A model generated the notes under the pieces. That model had not been told where the DNA came from, made no database searches, and saw nothing but the letters and a program-made list of their open reading frames with translations. The position numbers were made by a program, and so were the translations under genes. A stretch of DNA of 64,000 nucleotides from the NCBI RefSeq assembly GCF_006345805.1, contig NC_043004.1, forward strand, positions 83,886,001-83,950,000. Reading direction: 5' to 3'. This document shows positions 38,043-53,459 of the stretch, piece after piece; the stretch's first letter is position 1; each line of letters opens with the position of its first letter. Source of the DNA: Octopus sinensis. Lineage: Eukaryota.

Positions 38043-39408
38043 ATGAAACCCCTAACACACGATAGCCGCGCTTACCTTGGTTATGCAATTTTGATAGTGG
38101 AAATTCAATTAACGTTGAAGAAATGATAATGGACAATCACAAGTTTCGCTATTGTTTACGTCTAAGTTTATATTTTGCTGAATCCAGTTGTTCATTTAAT
38201 CACGACAATATCAAGAAAATATCGTATCCTTCTAGGAATAGGATTGGGTTAACAGATTCATGCCGATCGTCCGTTTAAACTGACACTTAATTTATAAGGG
38301 TATAATACAAATACTTGATACAAATTGTGATTTGTGTATGATCCGTATCAAAGAATGAAACATGTTCTTAACGCGTTTTTCAATGATATGTTTTCAGTTG
38401 TTATCTTGGTCAAAATAATAGCATCTGGAAATTTTCAGGCAACTTCCTTCACTAACAAAAAAAAAAAAATTCGTCACGAATAGGGTAATGTCTAACAGAC
38501 ATCTGAAGCAAAGTTTTACGGTTGAGAATACCGAAAGATTATTCTCAGTAAGCCTAAATTTTACAAGCAGAAAACAAATGTTGGGTGTCTATCATACGAG
38601 TAGCAGCAGTAATAAAGCCGTTAATAGAATTATAGTAAAATACGCAGTTGTAGGAAATAGAAATGCAGTTTCCGATAGCGTGGATATTGCTAATACATAA
38701 AGCTGATATGATGCTTATAATCAGTCATAAATGTATTACATGTCAAGAAGAGAAATTAAAGAGAACAATCCTAGACTCTCTTTAATATCCGAGTTCACAA
38801 GAAATGATTAATGCATTGGGAATAATCACCTTACTAATTAGAATGTGTTGCTTTGAAGTAACGTTATTTTACGGAATTGTATACCGAGTTTCCAAACGGA
38901 TGAAACATTTTGCAAGGTAATCATGAAGCCATTAATACTCACATTTATCTAGAATCATAAATTAAGGGTTTGATAAAAGAAAATCTTCATAGCAATAACT
39001 AAATTCTAATCTTCATTTGGGATATATTTGTTGCATATATACACATAATGTGATATGAAATATTTAGTGCTTTATAAGGAGAAATAGTCAGTTTGATACA
39101 TATGGATGCTTTCGAAAAGCATATGCTATTAACACGTCTTGGTGCATTTTTTTCTACCTGCATTTTGTATATGTCATTTCAGTTAAACAAATATTCTATT
39201 CTTAACCAGCATGCTTTAGACTAATTTCTTTTTCATTCAAACAAGGCCGAGAATATACGAGGCTTAAGCTGGTATGATTTGGAAGCGTATATTGAACAGT
39301 AATTGGTGGTTTTTATGATATTATTGTTGACTTCTGTATTTATTAATCCCATATACATTAAATGTTCTTTACATGTATACATATATACATACATACACAC
39401 ATATACAT

Positions 39409-39472
<64 letters not shown>

Positions 39473-39599
39473 CTCTCTGTTTACTCTTCTATTTGTTCCT
39501 GCCATTTGACTATGGCGATGCTGGAGCACCACCTGTAGTCGAGTATGCCGGTGACGATGGTCGTGTTGGAGAGGTAAGGGCGGAAACGTGGGCGGGAAC

Positions 39600-39962
39600 A
39601 GGTAACTAGCCGTGTTAAGAGGTTGGGTTAGGGAAGATGTGTGCAGTGGAGGTCGAAAAGCTCGGAGAAGGTGCGTTGGAGAGAAAGGGTGTTGGGATGG
39701 TAGGTCAGGGGAAACGGGAGACGGCAGATAGCAGATGGATGCGGAGGAGAGAGCAGATGCACGCTGCACGGAAGATGTTCTGGCAAGAGTGGTGTAGGTA
39801 ATAGTGAGGGGATATCCACGTAGGATGAAGTGGCGAGCGATGAGTTGAGACTGAGTCTCAAAGTCATCGTCGTCACTGCAGAGCCTGCGTAGACGGAGTA
39901 ATTGGGAATAGGGGATGGAAAGTTTGATGTGATCAGGGCGGGAAGTGGAGAGGTTGAGGTAC
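39600..39962 (-). pseudogene. Penelope-like (Neptune-type) RT C-terminal fragment
   Basis: 'YLNLSTSRPDHIKLSIPYSQLLRLRRLCSDDDDFETQ..HFILRGYP' is the typical PLE post-RT motif. Flanked by (TA)n. Confidence 0.8.
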
Positions 39963-42227
39963 ATTTATATATATATATATATATATAGAAATATTCATTG
40001 AGCATTAAGTTTGCTAATATAAAAGGTCTAATTTTTTAAGATTGTAATATATGATAATTATGAACTGCTGCACATTAACTGACAGTAACTGAAGAATCAA
40101 CTCTCTATAAATGTAGAAACTGTGGCCTATGGGTAGTTGTGTATGTGTGTCTATGTGCATATGTATTTATGCGTACGCGTGTATGTACGCAGAAAGACAT
40201 ATTTTTGCCCGTAAATAAAATGCAAAATTTATTACTGTAAGAAGTTTATACGCAAAATTATCTGATTGTATGTTATAACATTCTCTTGTATTTGATGTTT
40301 AATTTTATGTTGCATGTGGATAATGAATACAAATTTGATTAAATATTTTTTCATTAATGATTTCTATATAATCCATTTTAGATAAATAATTCTATGCTGC
40401 GGTTTAGTGTTCTCAGTAAATAAGCAAATACATTTTCTTCCCCGTTCAAATTAAAATATTTACAATAAAACATTCACTTATTTTGGCAACCCATTACATT
40501 TTTGATACTACAAATTAGGTAAATTCTTAATGGGTAAAATATCAAACTGTGGACTATGATTCATAACATTCAAGTACATCAGTGTTATATTAAATTAAAC
40601 AACACACTGAAATTGGATATTTTGTTCATTATATTAAAACACTATTTTTCTTAATTATTGTTTTACATTAAAGGTCGTATGTTTATTTCTTTTACTAAAT
40701 CAGGTCTTACACGTTGCGTGTCCTGGTAGCCAGTTAGTGCAAGGGAGATTATCAATTTTTGATCAAACTTAGCAGGATTAGGAGTTTGAGGAAGGACAAA
40801 GACGCACTGAATATATATATTTAATGTCTTCCCTTAAATCACAACAAAAATCTTTACAATTTCTAAATATATGTAATCATGTATTATACCGCCTTTGAAA
40901 ATCGTTAGGCAACTTAAACTCAATTAAACATTTTACGGAGCTAGTCAGTTATGGTAGATAGTAATATATTACAATTAAAAGCAGTTATTTACTTATTCTT
41001 TTTTCCTTTTACTTAGTTACATATTGAGCAAATGAAAGAGAAGCGATAGAGACGTTTTGCATACAGATCAATCTGAACGGCATGGGAACTAATCTAATGA
41101 CTCCATTACTTGCTCTGTTATTCGCCTTTAAAACGGGTTCTCATAAGTATTTATATTTTCCTATTAATCAAGATACAATGATATATTCAAACCCGTATTG
41201 TATTTAAAGAATTATCAAAGTAATAAAATATGCATTATTTTTCTCTTCGCATTCTAAATAAGTAAAGAATTATTTAGTAGCAATTTTAAGCTACTTTCTC
41301 TTAGAAAGAGATCTGAACCTAAAGAAAATCTCTCTGGAATAAACAGGATAATATGGAGGAAAATTCTTCTGTAACAGTCAAGTGAAAAGCTCTATAAATA
41401 TATTTTTACTTCTGCACATTTCTCTACATTTATTTCAACCAAATACCAAATACAGAGACAAAGAACTATCTTGTGACGTTTTATAGATATGGAAAATTTG
41501 CATAATTAATACAACTGTCGGCTCAGAGAAGTAATCTAGTGTATTTAGTGGTAAATTTAGTTAGACAACGGTAAAACATTATTCTAGATGTCATACATGT
41601 GAAATTTTGGGGCTATTGTAAATTTGCCCTTTTCAGAGTCAGTCAACAAGGAATTAGATGCATTTCAAGGAGAAATGTAAGTATATTATATTATATTATA
41701 TTATATTATGTTATATTATATTATGTTATGTTATATTATATTATATTATATATATATATATACCTGAATAAGTTGAACAAGTTGGAGTCAACGCAAATCT
41801 GGCAGTACATATAATACTAATGCTGGATAGCACCGAGTGAAGTCTGAAGGTGGACGAGCTTTACACTGTATTATGTTCTTAACAGAAAATAAACTATATA
41901 TACGATTTTAACAAAAGTTAACTATATATGTAAGCAAAGTAGCTAGTTTAAAAATCTTAAGAAGAGATACAGTAGTAACGTTTGCTAAACAGTAAAGCCA
42001 GTTGCCAGTTCAAATTTGGCCAAATATTTCGAATGTGAGTCAGTCTCGCGATACTTTTAGCGACTCTAGGATAGTAGGAGTTAGCCCCGCCCCCTACTGA
42101 CGATATATCGATATATTTTATATAAAGGATGCAGAGTGTTGCACCGATAACCAGAGGGGGAGAATCTGCCTGGGGTTAAACTAGTAGTAATATTCACTAG
42201 CGATTCGATGTGGCATCTGCCTTTACC

Positions 42228-42259
<32 letters not shown>

Positions 42260-43164
42260 TATATATATTATATATATATATATATATATGGGGATGTAGA
42301 GAGAGACAGAGAGCGAGAGAGAGAGAGAGAGTGAAGAGAGCTATATACATGTATGAACATATATACAAACTTACATGGTTAATTAAGCCTATATTGAATT
42401 AAATTACAAGCGCAACTCTTTTTGTCACACATTTCCTTTTCAAATACCTAAAAAATATTGGAAATATTGTAATTTGCTAAGTACGATTTTATTGAAATTA
42501 AAATGATATTTTTGATATGCTAATGTAGGAAATTCTGTAATCTGTAAATCAAAAGAGAACGCAGATAAAACATTTTAAATCAATATCACATGCTATTTGA
42601 ATAAGGATGGCCGTGTATCAAAACAAGTGCAACTTCACCAACATTAATTTCCATACTGACAAACTTGTATGCGAAATTCAAGCTACCCTCTTAGTGTCTA
42701 GCATTTCTTTATGTTCATTATATTTATTATGTTCCCCGTGTGTGTCGAAAAGTGATGTATATTCGCGTAGTAGAAAACTAAGGGATTGAAATTTTTCTTG
42801 TGATGCCATCAAGAACTGTGACTTTTAAAGAACTGTATGTTAGACCTTGGAAAATGTTTCAGATATTTTGAATTACATATTATAATTATGGCAGAATATA
42901 AGAAAGTAAATTGAATATCATTATTGAATGACAGAACATAGACTTGGTTCTAGCAGTAAACTATTCAGCAACTCAGATTTCACATATAATCTTGCAAAAC
43001 AAACACAATTTGGTTGTGCATTCAACTGTCAATATAACACTCGCAATTTTTACACTTGAAAAGCATTAACAAATAAACTATACACATATTAAGTCCAACT
43101 ATCAAGCCTATTACGATTTTAATAGCGTTGCCCTTTAAATTTATTTGCGTATATACGTTTGTAG

Positions 43165-43465
43165 TGGAGGCACAAGGCCTAGTAGTTAGAGCAGCGAACT
43201 CCCGGTCGAGGGATCACGGGTTTGTATCTCAGACCGAACGATGTGTGTGTTTATGAGCAAAACACCTAAGCTCCACCCAGCCCCGGCAGAAGGTAATGGT
43301 AAACTTCTGCTGACTCTTTCGTCACAACTTTCTCTTATCTTTTCTCCTGCATCTTGCAGCTCACCTGCGACGAAACGGCGTCCCGTCCAGACGGGGAATC
43401 TATACGCCAAGGAAACCGGGAAACCGGCTCTTATGACCCAGGTTTGTCTCGAGAAGGAACAAACT
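43165..43465 (+). mobile_element. SINE family C, diverged subfamily
   Basis: 'ggaggcacaaggcctagtagttagagcagcgaactc..aaaacacctaagctccac..ggcgtcccgtccag..gaaaccgggaaaccggc'. Confidence 0.88.
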
Positions 43466-44461
43466 ACATATACGTTTCTGAAAGTAATAGACAGAAAACA
43501 CTTCTTATGAACAGCAATTCATTCGTGTATATTGTTCATTCTACACACGGTGAATAGGGTTATGAGAGAAGTTAGTAACTCTTCTGTTGAGCTATTAGAA
43601 ATATTTCATCACTACTGCCACGTCCATTGATTAACTTAATAAATATATATTCTACATCCATTAATTATGTGATCACATATGTGTCGAATCTTTCATAACA
43701 CTCTCTAGTTTAGTAAATTATATATCATATATATATTTCCATTTTATAACCACTGCCAGTTTATTCTGCATTCATCCTATATGGTGATAAAACAGTTTTC
43801 CCCTTGAATTTCAAGACTTTCAGCCCTATCAATCATAATAGGTATATTTATAATGAATTATCAGACCGTACGCCTCCATTAGGTATACTCTATAGCCCCT
43901 GCGATCTATATGATTCTGCATACATCAGTGCCTGTAATATTATATCTTATTTTAAGAAACCGCATGCGATGGTATAATCATCGTATATTATTTATTTTTA
44001 ATTTGCTTTGTTAAGAATAATTCGACCTATACTTATTATTTATCTATTATAATGTTTTAGTATTTTTTTTGTAAATTTTTTTATTTCATTTTTTATTCTT
44101 TATCTCTCTTTATATCCAGTGTGTATTTTATGGCTTCTACAGTGAAATTAAAATTAAATTTATGTCGATTTTTTTCATTTTTAATTACATTATTGAAATG
44201 TCTTCATCCTATCTTGTGGTGTATTTTGTTTATTTTTTAAAAATTATATTATATTATATTATATTATTTTGTATTTTGTATATCTATTTACCCTCGTATA
44301 TACTGGTGTAACATTCTATGATATGTCGAGGGTAAGTAACTTCTCTCTACAGTTAATCATGGTAAAATATAATACAATAGGGCATTGTATTTCTTTTTAT
44401 TTGTAATTACATTTTATAATAATAACAATAACACACACACAGACACATATATATATATATA

Positions 44462-44832
44462 CTCTCTCTTTTACTCTTTTACTTGTTTCAGTCATTTGAC
44501 TGCGGCCATGCTGGAGCACCACCTTTAGTCGAGCAAATCGACCCCGGGACTTATTCTTTGTAAGCCCAGTACTTATTCTATCGGTCTCTTTTGCCGAACC
44601 GCTAAGTGACGGGGACGTAAACACACCAGCATCGGTTGTCAAGCAATGCTAGGGGGACAAACACAGACACACAAACATATACACACACGCTTATATATAT
44701 ATACATATATACGATAGGCTTCTTTCAGTTTCCGTCTACCAAATCCACTCACAAGGCATTGGTCGGCCCGGGGCTATAGCAGAAGACACTTGCCCAAGAT
44801 GCCACGCAGTGGGACTGAACCCGGAACCATGT
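44462..44832 (-). mobile_element. Well-preserved SINE family A lacking the first ~40 nt
   Basis: Aligns throughout to 17528-17895. Confidence 0.92.
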
Positions 44833-46050
44833 ATATATATATACATATTGTAATATAGATATATTATACTTATAATATATATATGCATATCCATCTATCT
44901 ATCTATCTCTCTCTATATATATATATGTGTGCGTGTGTGTGTGTGTATAAGGGTTATTTTTATACCTTCTTATATCCTTTCATCCTTTAAAATTTTTCCA
45001 AAATGCAGGAAATTTTTTATGTAATTAAAATTTTTTCCAAGGATTTTTAAATAAGTTCCTGTTATATATCTAATTATCTCTGTTTTTTTTTTTTCCTTTA
45101 ATCCCTGATTTTCAATCAATATAAAATTTGTACTTCTTTCTCGGATGCAATCTGAACTTAATTACGGGTTCATTGCTGAATGGTTTTAACACGACCATCG
45201 TATCAGTTTGCTAAAATAAAGCATTATGAAATTTCTCCTTCTTTGGGGCTTAAATTGGTTTGTATATCCTTCTTCTCTTACTTGGTCTTTATATACCTTT
45301 CTAGGCTTTAATTTTTGTTTTATTTATTATACAAAATATAGTGATATATAAATTTTGCTGAATTTGGATATTTCTCTCCCTGTACTCTTAATGCACATTT
45401 AGATCTTATTGTTACTTCCTTCGTTTTATGTTTTGGACTCCCTCTAACTGATTATAAGAAAATCGTTTATAACACCCCTACCGTCCCTCTTTCTTGACAT
45501 ATGCCACTATTTTACTGATATCTTCTCATACATGTTTCTTTATGTGGTCATAGCGAATTTATAGCCACAGTAACATAGGGGTAGGGAATTGTATCTCACA
45601 TTAATTAATATATCATCAGCAGGTAGAACTTAACTGTCAATTTCCAGAGGTTTTATTTCTTAGTGGATGTAGCATACTAGCTGCATTAGATCTTTTAAAT
45701 TTGATAAGGGTTACTTTCTCCCTAGTTTCATTCTGCTACAATAATAACAACAGGCATGTACTTATTTAATTCTCTAGTTTTGATGGAAAATTTGCTAAAA
45801 AATTATATTGGAGTGTTGTGTATGCTGAAGACATATATTGGTCTTATACGTCAGAGGAGAGTGAGGTATTTCAAACTGATGTAATGCTTGCATTGATCGA
45901 TTAAATACAGCCACCTGAAACGGCCGTAATGGAATAATAGTTTGACGTCCTTGTTACTTATTTGCTTTGTATTCATCTTACTTTGAAATGTGTGGATAAT
46001 ACCGGACTGACTTCGTGTCTGAACTGAATCTTAATTATTAGTTTTATACG

Positions 46051-46107
<57 letters not shown>

Positions 46108-47092
46108 CGCAAAACATTATATGTATACAAGCAAAACTGGAAACTTATATTTGCGCTCTACTTACGCATATTTCGTATAGATGGGTGAAGAGCATCTGTA
46201 TACTAGTTATTATACATATAAATCCATACGATATTTGACAGTTGAATATTCTACGATTCCACAGAGACTAAAAAAAATAAAGCTATTCTACCCTCATCTA
46301 AGCTATGGCACATTGCATGGAATAGAGAGCATATTAAAAGCGACAGATAGGAGTAAATGCTAAACTATGCGACCATGATTAGGGGAAAATAGGAATATTT
46401 GAAGACCACTGAAAATGTTTTTTATCCGTTCACGATACAGTCGCAGTATATAAAATGCCCTACTCATTTTAAATCATTATTGGTCCTTTCCAATGCACAT
46501 AAGATGCATCTTGTACTAAGCTGTACCTTACATATATTAGATAGGCAGCGATGGAAACGACATTTGATCAGTATGAAGAATAGATTACATTTGATCAGTA
46601 ATTTAATAAGAAAGAATACGTTGGATATTTAAGAATTCTAAGAGGACAATAATCGATATATTTCACTAAGTAAGATATTCTAAAGTAAAATAGCCTTGTA
46701 AAATAATACGCATAGGGATTATTTAGAAATTGTTGAAATATCGTAAGGTAAAGAGAAAATGTCTGAAATGAATTAATACTAAATTTTAATATAATAGAGT
46801 ATCCAGTGTTTGAACTTTGGATTTATGAATTGAACAGGCAATCCTAAGAAACTGTACGGCTAACGTAAAGGACAATATCTCACCATGGACAGCACCCTAC
46901 GGTGGATTCCTAGACAGCCTTTTTAAAGTTTTGCCTAGGAATAAGATATATAAGTCTTCGCTAATCTATATGAATGTGTGCATATAAATATATCTGTGCG
47001 TGTGTGTATACAAGAATAATAAGAAAATAGAGATAAATCAATTAACGATAATGTATATATATATATATATATATAATAAAAATAGACATAAT

Positions 47093-47158
47093 CTCTGACA
47101 GCTGTTTCGATTCTCACTTTAAAAATTAATTACAATAAATTTGAATCTCGTCGGAGGT
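47093..47158 (-). ncRNA. Degenerate hammerhead motif (further family)
   Basis: Minus strand: CCGACGA (U4->C)-GATTC...GAATC-GAAAC-AGCT-GTC, about 20 nt from a (TA)n tract. Confidence 0.5.
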
Positions 47159-47329
47159 AGATAAAAGATATACCGTTATGTTTTATATTTATATGTGTTA
47201 CAAAACTTGACTTAAACAGGATTCGAATAATCCTATCAGGTGGTGCTATTAAGTTAGACATGGCCTGGACCAATCTCTGGTCGAAACATATCTAAGTTTT
47301 ATCTAAGTTTTGTATGTATGTATCCATAT

Positions 47330-47378
<49 letters not shown>

Positions 47379-47410
47379 ATATGCATGTATGCATGTATAT
47401 ATTTATATAT

Positions 47411-47457
<47 letters not shown>

Positions 47458-47885
47458 TATATATGTATGTATGTATATTTCTGTAAATATATATATATAT
47501 ATATACATTGAGAGAAGCATATATTCCTACGCACATGTATTTGTATATATGTGTGTATGCGAGTGTGTGTGTTTGTGTTTGTGTGTGTTTCCATCAACAT
47601 ATTTGATGTTTTGTGTATTCAAAGTCTTCCATTAGAAATGTAGGTCACACCTAATTAAAAGCATCTACATCTTCATTCCCATCATAGAATGTCTTTTCGG
47701 AGTGGAAGATAAAGGAAATATTAACGCTGTTTTCAAAGCAGAATTACAAGTGCATTTGAGATGTTGCAGTTCTATTGCCAACGAAAAACTTCACATAAGA
47801 TAATCTCCACACTTCTACGGAAGCATACACTCATACGAACACATACGCATAACAAACAATTGTATAAGCACTCATACAAAAACAC

Positions 47886-47923
<38 letters not shown>

Positions 47924-48426
47924 ACACACATACATATGCATATATTTTCATATAAAGAGATGTATTTTTATGCTTGCTTATATGTCTATATATGCACACA
48001 AAAGACACAGATACCTGTATATATGTATGCCTATATATATATATATAGTGTGTGTGTGTGTCTGCGTGTGAGTGTATGTGTGTGTATGTGTGTTTCTACA
48101 TGCAGATTTTCAAGGACACAAAAACACACACCGGCACACATATAAATTCATACATATATGCATAACGGAGGAAATGAAAATAGGTGACGCATTCTTATTT
48201 GTTTCATGTGGATTTTCCAACTTATATTCTATTATATCCTAAAATATTCTATTACCATTACGTTCATTTTTTTGAAAATGCTATCTTTATTACTAATTAT
48301 CATTCGCATATACTTCTCGTGTGTTTTAGATTAAAGTGCTTTGAAAGTGCCAGTGTTTATATCGACTAAGTATACATATACGTACGTATGTATATATGTA
48401 TGTAAGTATATAAAAATATATGTATA

Positions 48427-48493
<67 letters not shown>

Positions 48494-48867
48494 GTATACA
48501 TGTGTGTATGCAAGCATATATATGTGCCTCTGTGTGTGTGTGTGTGTGTGTATACGTGCGTGTGTTTCCGCTCTGCAAAAAATTGCTAGGGAAGTTTTGA
48601 ATCTAGCACCAACGTAACTATTCATATAAATGTCCATTGTTTAACGAAACTAAAATAAGTTTTGTTTTGCAGATGGCATAGAAAAGCATGTAAGTGATAT
48701 TTTTCAAATACATCGTAAATGACTGCTCATGACTTTAGAATTATCCTAATATTATATCAAGGGAAGAAATCTAAAACTGTAATTAATAGATTGATAATGA
48801 TTAATTATAAACTTAAGATTTTATGGAAATTCCCTAGTTTGATATTTTCGAATCTTCCCATTTTTTT

Positions 48868-49308
48868 CTTCTTTTCTTTATTTCAGTCATTTGAGTGCCG
48901 CCATGTTGCAGCACCGCTTTTAGTCGAGCAAATCAACCCCAGGATTTATTCTTTGTAGGCCTGGTACTTATTCTATTGGTGTCTCGTGCCGAACTGCTAG
49001 GTTAGAGGGACGTAAACACACCAGCATCGCTTGTCAAGCGATGTTGGGGTGAAAGACACAGACACACAAACATATACATACACAAACACACACATACACG
49101 CACACACACACACACACACATACACACATATACATATATATATGTATAAATACGACGGGCTTCTTTCAGTTTCCGTCTAACAAATCCACTTACAAGGCCT
49201 TGGTCGGCCCGAGGCTATAGTAAAAGACAGTTGACCAAGGTGTCACGCAGTGAGACTGAACCCGGAACCATGTGGTTTGTAAGGAAGCGGCTCACCATAC
49301 GCCACTCT
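48868..49308 (-). mobile_element. SINE family A
   Basis: Aligns to 17528-17938. Confidence 0.9.
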
Positions 49309-51293
49309 ACAAATTTTAATGAATTTTCCCAGGCTGAATGGTATGCAATGACATTGATTGTGTGCTATGGTAGAGCAAGTAATTTTCTGTCTGGGTGAGT
49401 AAAAAACAATTAGTGGATTTCCTGTCTCGGTCGTTTGCTGTGACAGAACAGGTGTTAACTCTCTGCTCAATGATTTCAGATTTAAATTTTTTAAACGTGC
49501 ATTAAAGAAACGATGGCCTACGTAATCAAATTATAATTCGGAAATGCGTAAATATCAATTTAACAATACATAATATATGGTCCCAACGAACAGAGAAACT
49601 GCAAAAATGGTAGATATAGCCTCAAAAATAATCTTATGAGCATATAACACATAGTAGAATCTAATTGTCGATCTCATTTACATAAACCGAAATTTACTAA
49701 CTACGCTTCACATACAAGATCTATGCCTGTGACTTTGGGTAATGATTCCTGCATTCTCTTATCAGAAAAGAAGACTAGCTTAGCAGAATGATAATGAACA
49801 TTTGATGTATAATACTTGTGTTGCGCTGCATTTTCATCGCACAATTTAGCTTCCATCCAATGAAATTCATATTTGAAAAAAAATAGCCTATTTAGCATGC
49901 TATTGCGTAAATGCATATAAAAATTAAGAGAAAACAAAAATGAATCCATAATGACTTCATCACAAATTTCAAATTTTGTAAACTATTTAACCGTCAAAAC
50001 AACGTTAACAAGGTTTCCGACCAAATAATGGAAACGTTATCACAGCTTCCTCGTGCTGAAGACATTTTGTTGACTTCACAAGCCAAGTTTGAATTCTGTG
50101 AACTAGGAAATCAATATCTGAATAATCCTTCATCGTCTATAGCACGGAAGAACGGGATATGCGTCAAGTTAAATATTATATTACTTGCATAATATCAGAT
50201 ACTGAATACTCATCAAGCAAGCTACAGTTTTTGTCAAAAAAATTGCGATCTATAGATCATAAAGGGAAATGCATATAGTTAACTAAAACTATTGGAATTT
50301 AAATCATTAGTCTGCATGTAGATGTAGACAAAATGTAAGTGGAAAAAATTAGCTACATACATTATATCATTCGCAAAATGTGAACACTTGGCGGAATAAC
50401 AGCTTAAAAGCGAGTATGCATTATATCCAACATTCTATCTCATGTGTAATACCGAAATATAATTCAATGTGTTCATAAAATTCTGTTTCAAACTTCTTTT
50501 CCGGACACAAAATACGGTTATAAAATATCTAATGCTATTGTAGAAAAACAGTGAAATATTTTATCAAAATTAACTTTCATAACAAGCGTTCTATGTGTAG
50601 AAATTTATAGAGTGGGTTTCAGAAATCAATGGCAAATACCATTTATCGGCGTTACAAAAATCATATTTGTGCAGTGAGGGATATTTAGGGCATTAGGACA
50701 CACCTATGGTAAAACACTGATAAACTGCTAACAGGTTGTTCGATATGTAGAAAGTTGAAGGGGAAAATTCAGACGGAAACGTTTTCTTGTTATGTGTTGA
50801 AAATTTTAAAGGATATCTATATTTGCACAACAGAAATCTAGACGGTTTACCAGCCATATTAGATACACGAGCATTTCTTACTATATCCCGAATAAATGAA
50901 TGAACGTATTTATGAAGGCAAGCTGTACACCAGAACAAATATGCAATGTTTTTTTTATTTTTAATCAAATGCTTTATGTAATATTGTGGGGATAACATAT
51001 GGTGCTGTCGGAAGGAAATTGTATATTCCATTTTTCAAAGAAAATGGAAAGGATTTCAAAGAATATATTTACCGTTATCTCTAACTGAATGGCCAAACGA
51101 ATGTGAATTTCTTAAAGGTATTCTCTTTGATCTCCTGTACAGCGACTGTGTTAAGCATAATATTTCCAACAAATGTTCACTGTTCAAATCTCGCATGGCA
51201 CCATAAAAATATGACAACCGCTGAATGAAGATAAAACAAGGACACAATTCTACTCCTTAATACTTCTATTGTACACATATACATATAGATATG

Positions 51294-51465
51294 TGTGGAG
51301 CCAGAGATTCAGGTCGTTGTACTCATCATTGTAACATTGTTGTTTGGATTCTTGAACAGGGAGACAATTTTTTATTCTTGAGCAAAATACTTTAACATTG
51401 CTCCTATCCATTCCACTAGCGAAAAGGAGCAATGGACTGGCACCCTGACTAAGGGAATTGTATAT
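51294..51465 (+). mobile_element. Highly degenerate V-domain-like SINE
   Basis: 'ttcttgagcaaaatacttt..ttgctcc..gcaatggactggcaccctg'. Confidence 0.5.
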
Positions 51466-51732
51466 ATCATACATGCTTCATGAGAGTGTGGGCTGGGAAG
51501 AGCTTTAATTCATTGTAATAGACTGCGATATGCTTACATATTCACATACATAAATCCACACATACAGTCACACCGCCACACACAAACACACACCCACATG
51601 CATACAGTTATCAGTATTATGACACAAGCGTTTCTAAAACTTTGTAGAGAAATCCATATAAACAAACATATATGTGTGTGTCGATGCATCTATATGTGCG
51701 GGTATGTATATGTATACATGCATATATATATA

Positions 51733-52210
<478 letters not shown>

Positions 52211-52611
52211 TGAAACAGAGTAGGTGATAGTTTTTCTAACATCATTTCCATCCACATTCGATTCCATATCTACAGGACACTGCACTTGCATAATTTCGCT
52301 CTCTTTCGCAGAATCTTTCTCGCCAATTTTCTCATTATATTGCTTTCTCTCTCATTTGCTGTATCCTTCTGCAACTCATTCTCACCCATTTTCCCACGCT
52401 AACTTTTAACTTGTTTCTGCATAAATTACTTAAAATGGAAATTTGCCAAACGTTTTAACCCGAATTTTAACAATGATATCAAAGAGACCCATTGAAGAAT
52501 AGTTGCGAAACCAATAAAATTCATTAGATTGTTTCTGCTTTAAAGAACTCGTGCAATCTGATTCCCTGATGTCTGCAGGATTAAATTGTGTCAAATGCAT
52601 ACAAAAAGAAT

Positions 52612-52625
52612 CATTATTATTATTA

Positions 52626-52658
<33 letters not shown>

Positions 52659-52677
52659 GTATTAGTATTACTATTAC

Positions 52678-52711
<34 letters not shown>

Positions 52712-52734
52712 TTTTTTTATTATTATTATTATTA

Positions 52735-52820
<86 letters not shown>
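52612..52820. repeat. (TTA)n-(TAG)n microsatellite
   Basis: Directly visible. Confidence 0.95.
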
Positions 52821-53302
52821 TATTTTTATTGTTGTTGATTTTATTGTTAGTGTATTTGTTTTGGATAATATTGCCAGCATTGCACTTGTTTGTACGTTAT
52901 CGCCGATGTATTTGTTCTTTTTCTTTCTCCTCCTTTTGTTCCTCTCCTCTTCCTCTTCCTCTTCCCCTTCTCCTTCTTCGTTTCCTTGTTATTGTTGGTT
53001 GTTGTTGTATCAGTTAGTGTTAATGACCTTCTAAATATACTGTTACCATTAATGAGCTTTTTTGTTGTTGCTGTTGTTTTCCTCATCCCCAATTTCCTCA
53101 GCTGTCTCTTTTTCTATTTTGATTTTGCAAAATTCAAACTTACGATGGCTTCCCTGATTATTATTTTAGCGGCACATGCCAACCAAAAACGGCAAGAGCA
53201 TCAACGACAGCAAATGTTACATCATAACTATATGTGTGAGTGTGTTTGTGTGTGTGAATGCGTGTGTTTACGTGCATGTATGCATGCGTATTTATATACA
53301 TG

Positions 53303-53336
<34 letters not shown>

Positions 53337-53416
53337 TTTGAGACAAAACCACTATTTGCAAAACAACAAGGAAAGACTTAATCAATACAAAAATTTAATA
53401 AATATCAAAAAAACCG

Positions 53417-53459
53417 CCACTACAATCGTTTCTTGTCTTGATCGACAATCTTCAGGTGG
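53417..53459 (-). ncRNA. Minimal type I hammerhead ribozyme in the Penelope pLTR
   Basis: Minus strand: ccac-CTGAAGA-TTGTC gatcaa GACAA-GAAAC-gatt-GTA-gtgg. All three stems present; GUA cleavage triplet. Confidence 0.85.

Noticed and set aside
42075-42135. Hammerhead at cctaCTGACGAtatat
   Set aside because: No GAAA or NUH after the putative stem II.
45867-45936. Functional hammerhead CTGATGT...GAAACGGCCGTA
   Set aside because: Core A9 is mutated and no stem II is evident; at best a decayed PLE remnant. The adjacent 44950-45850 region could not be translated convincingly.
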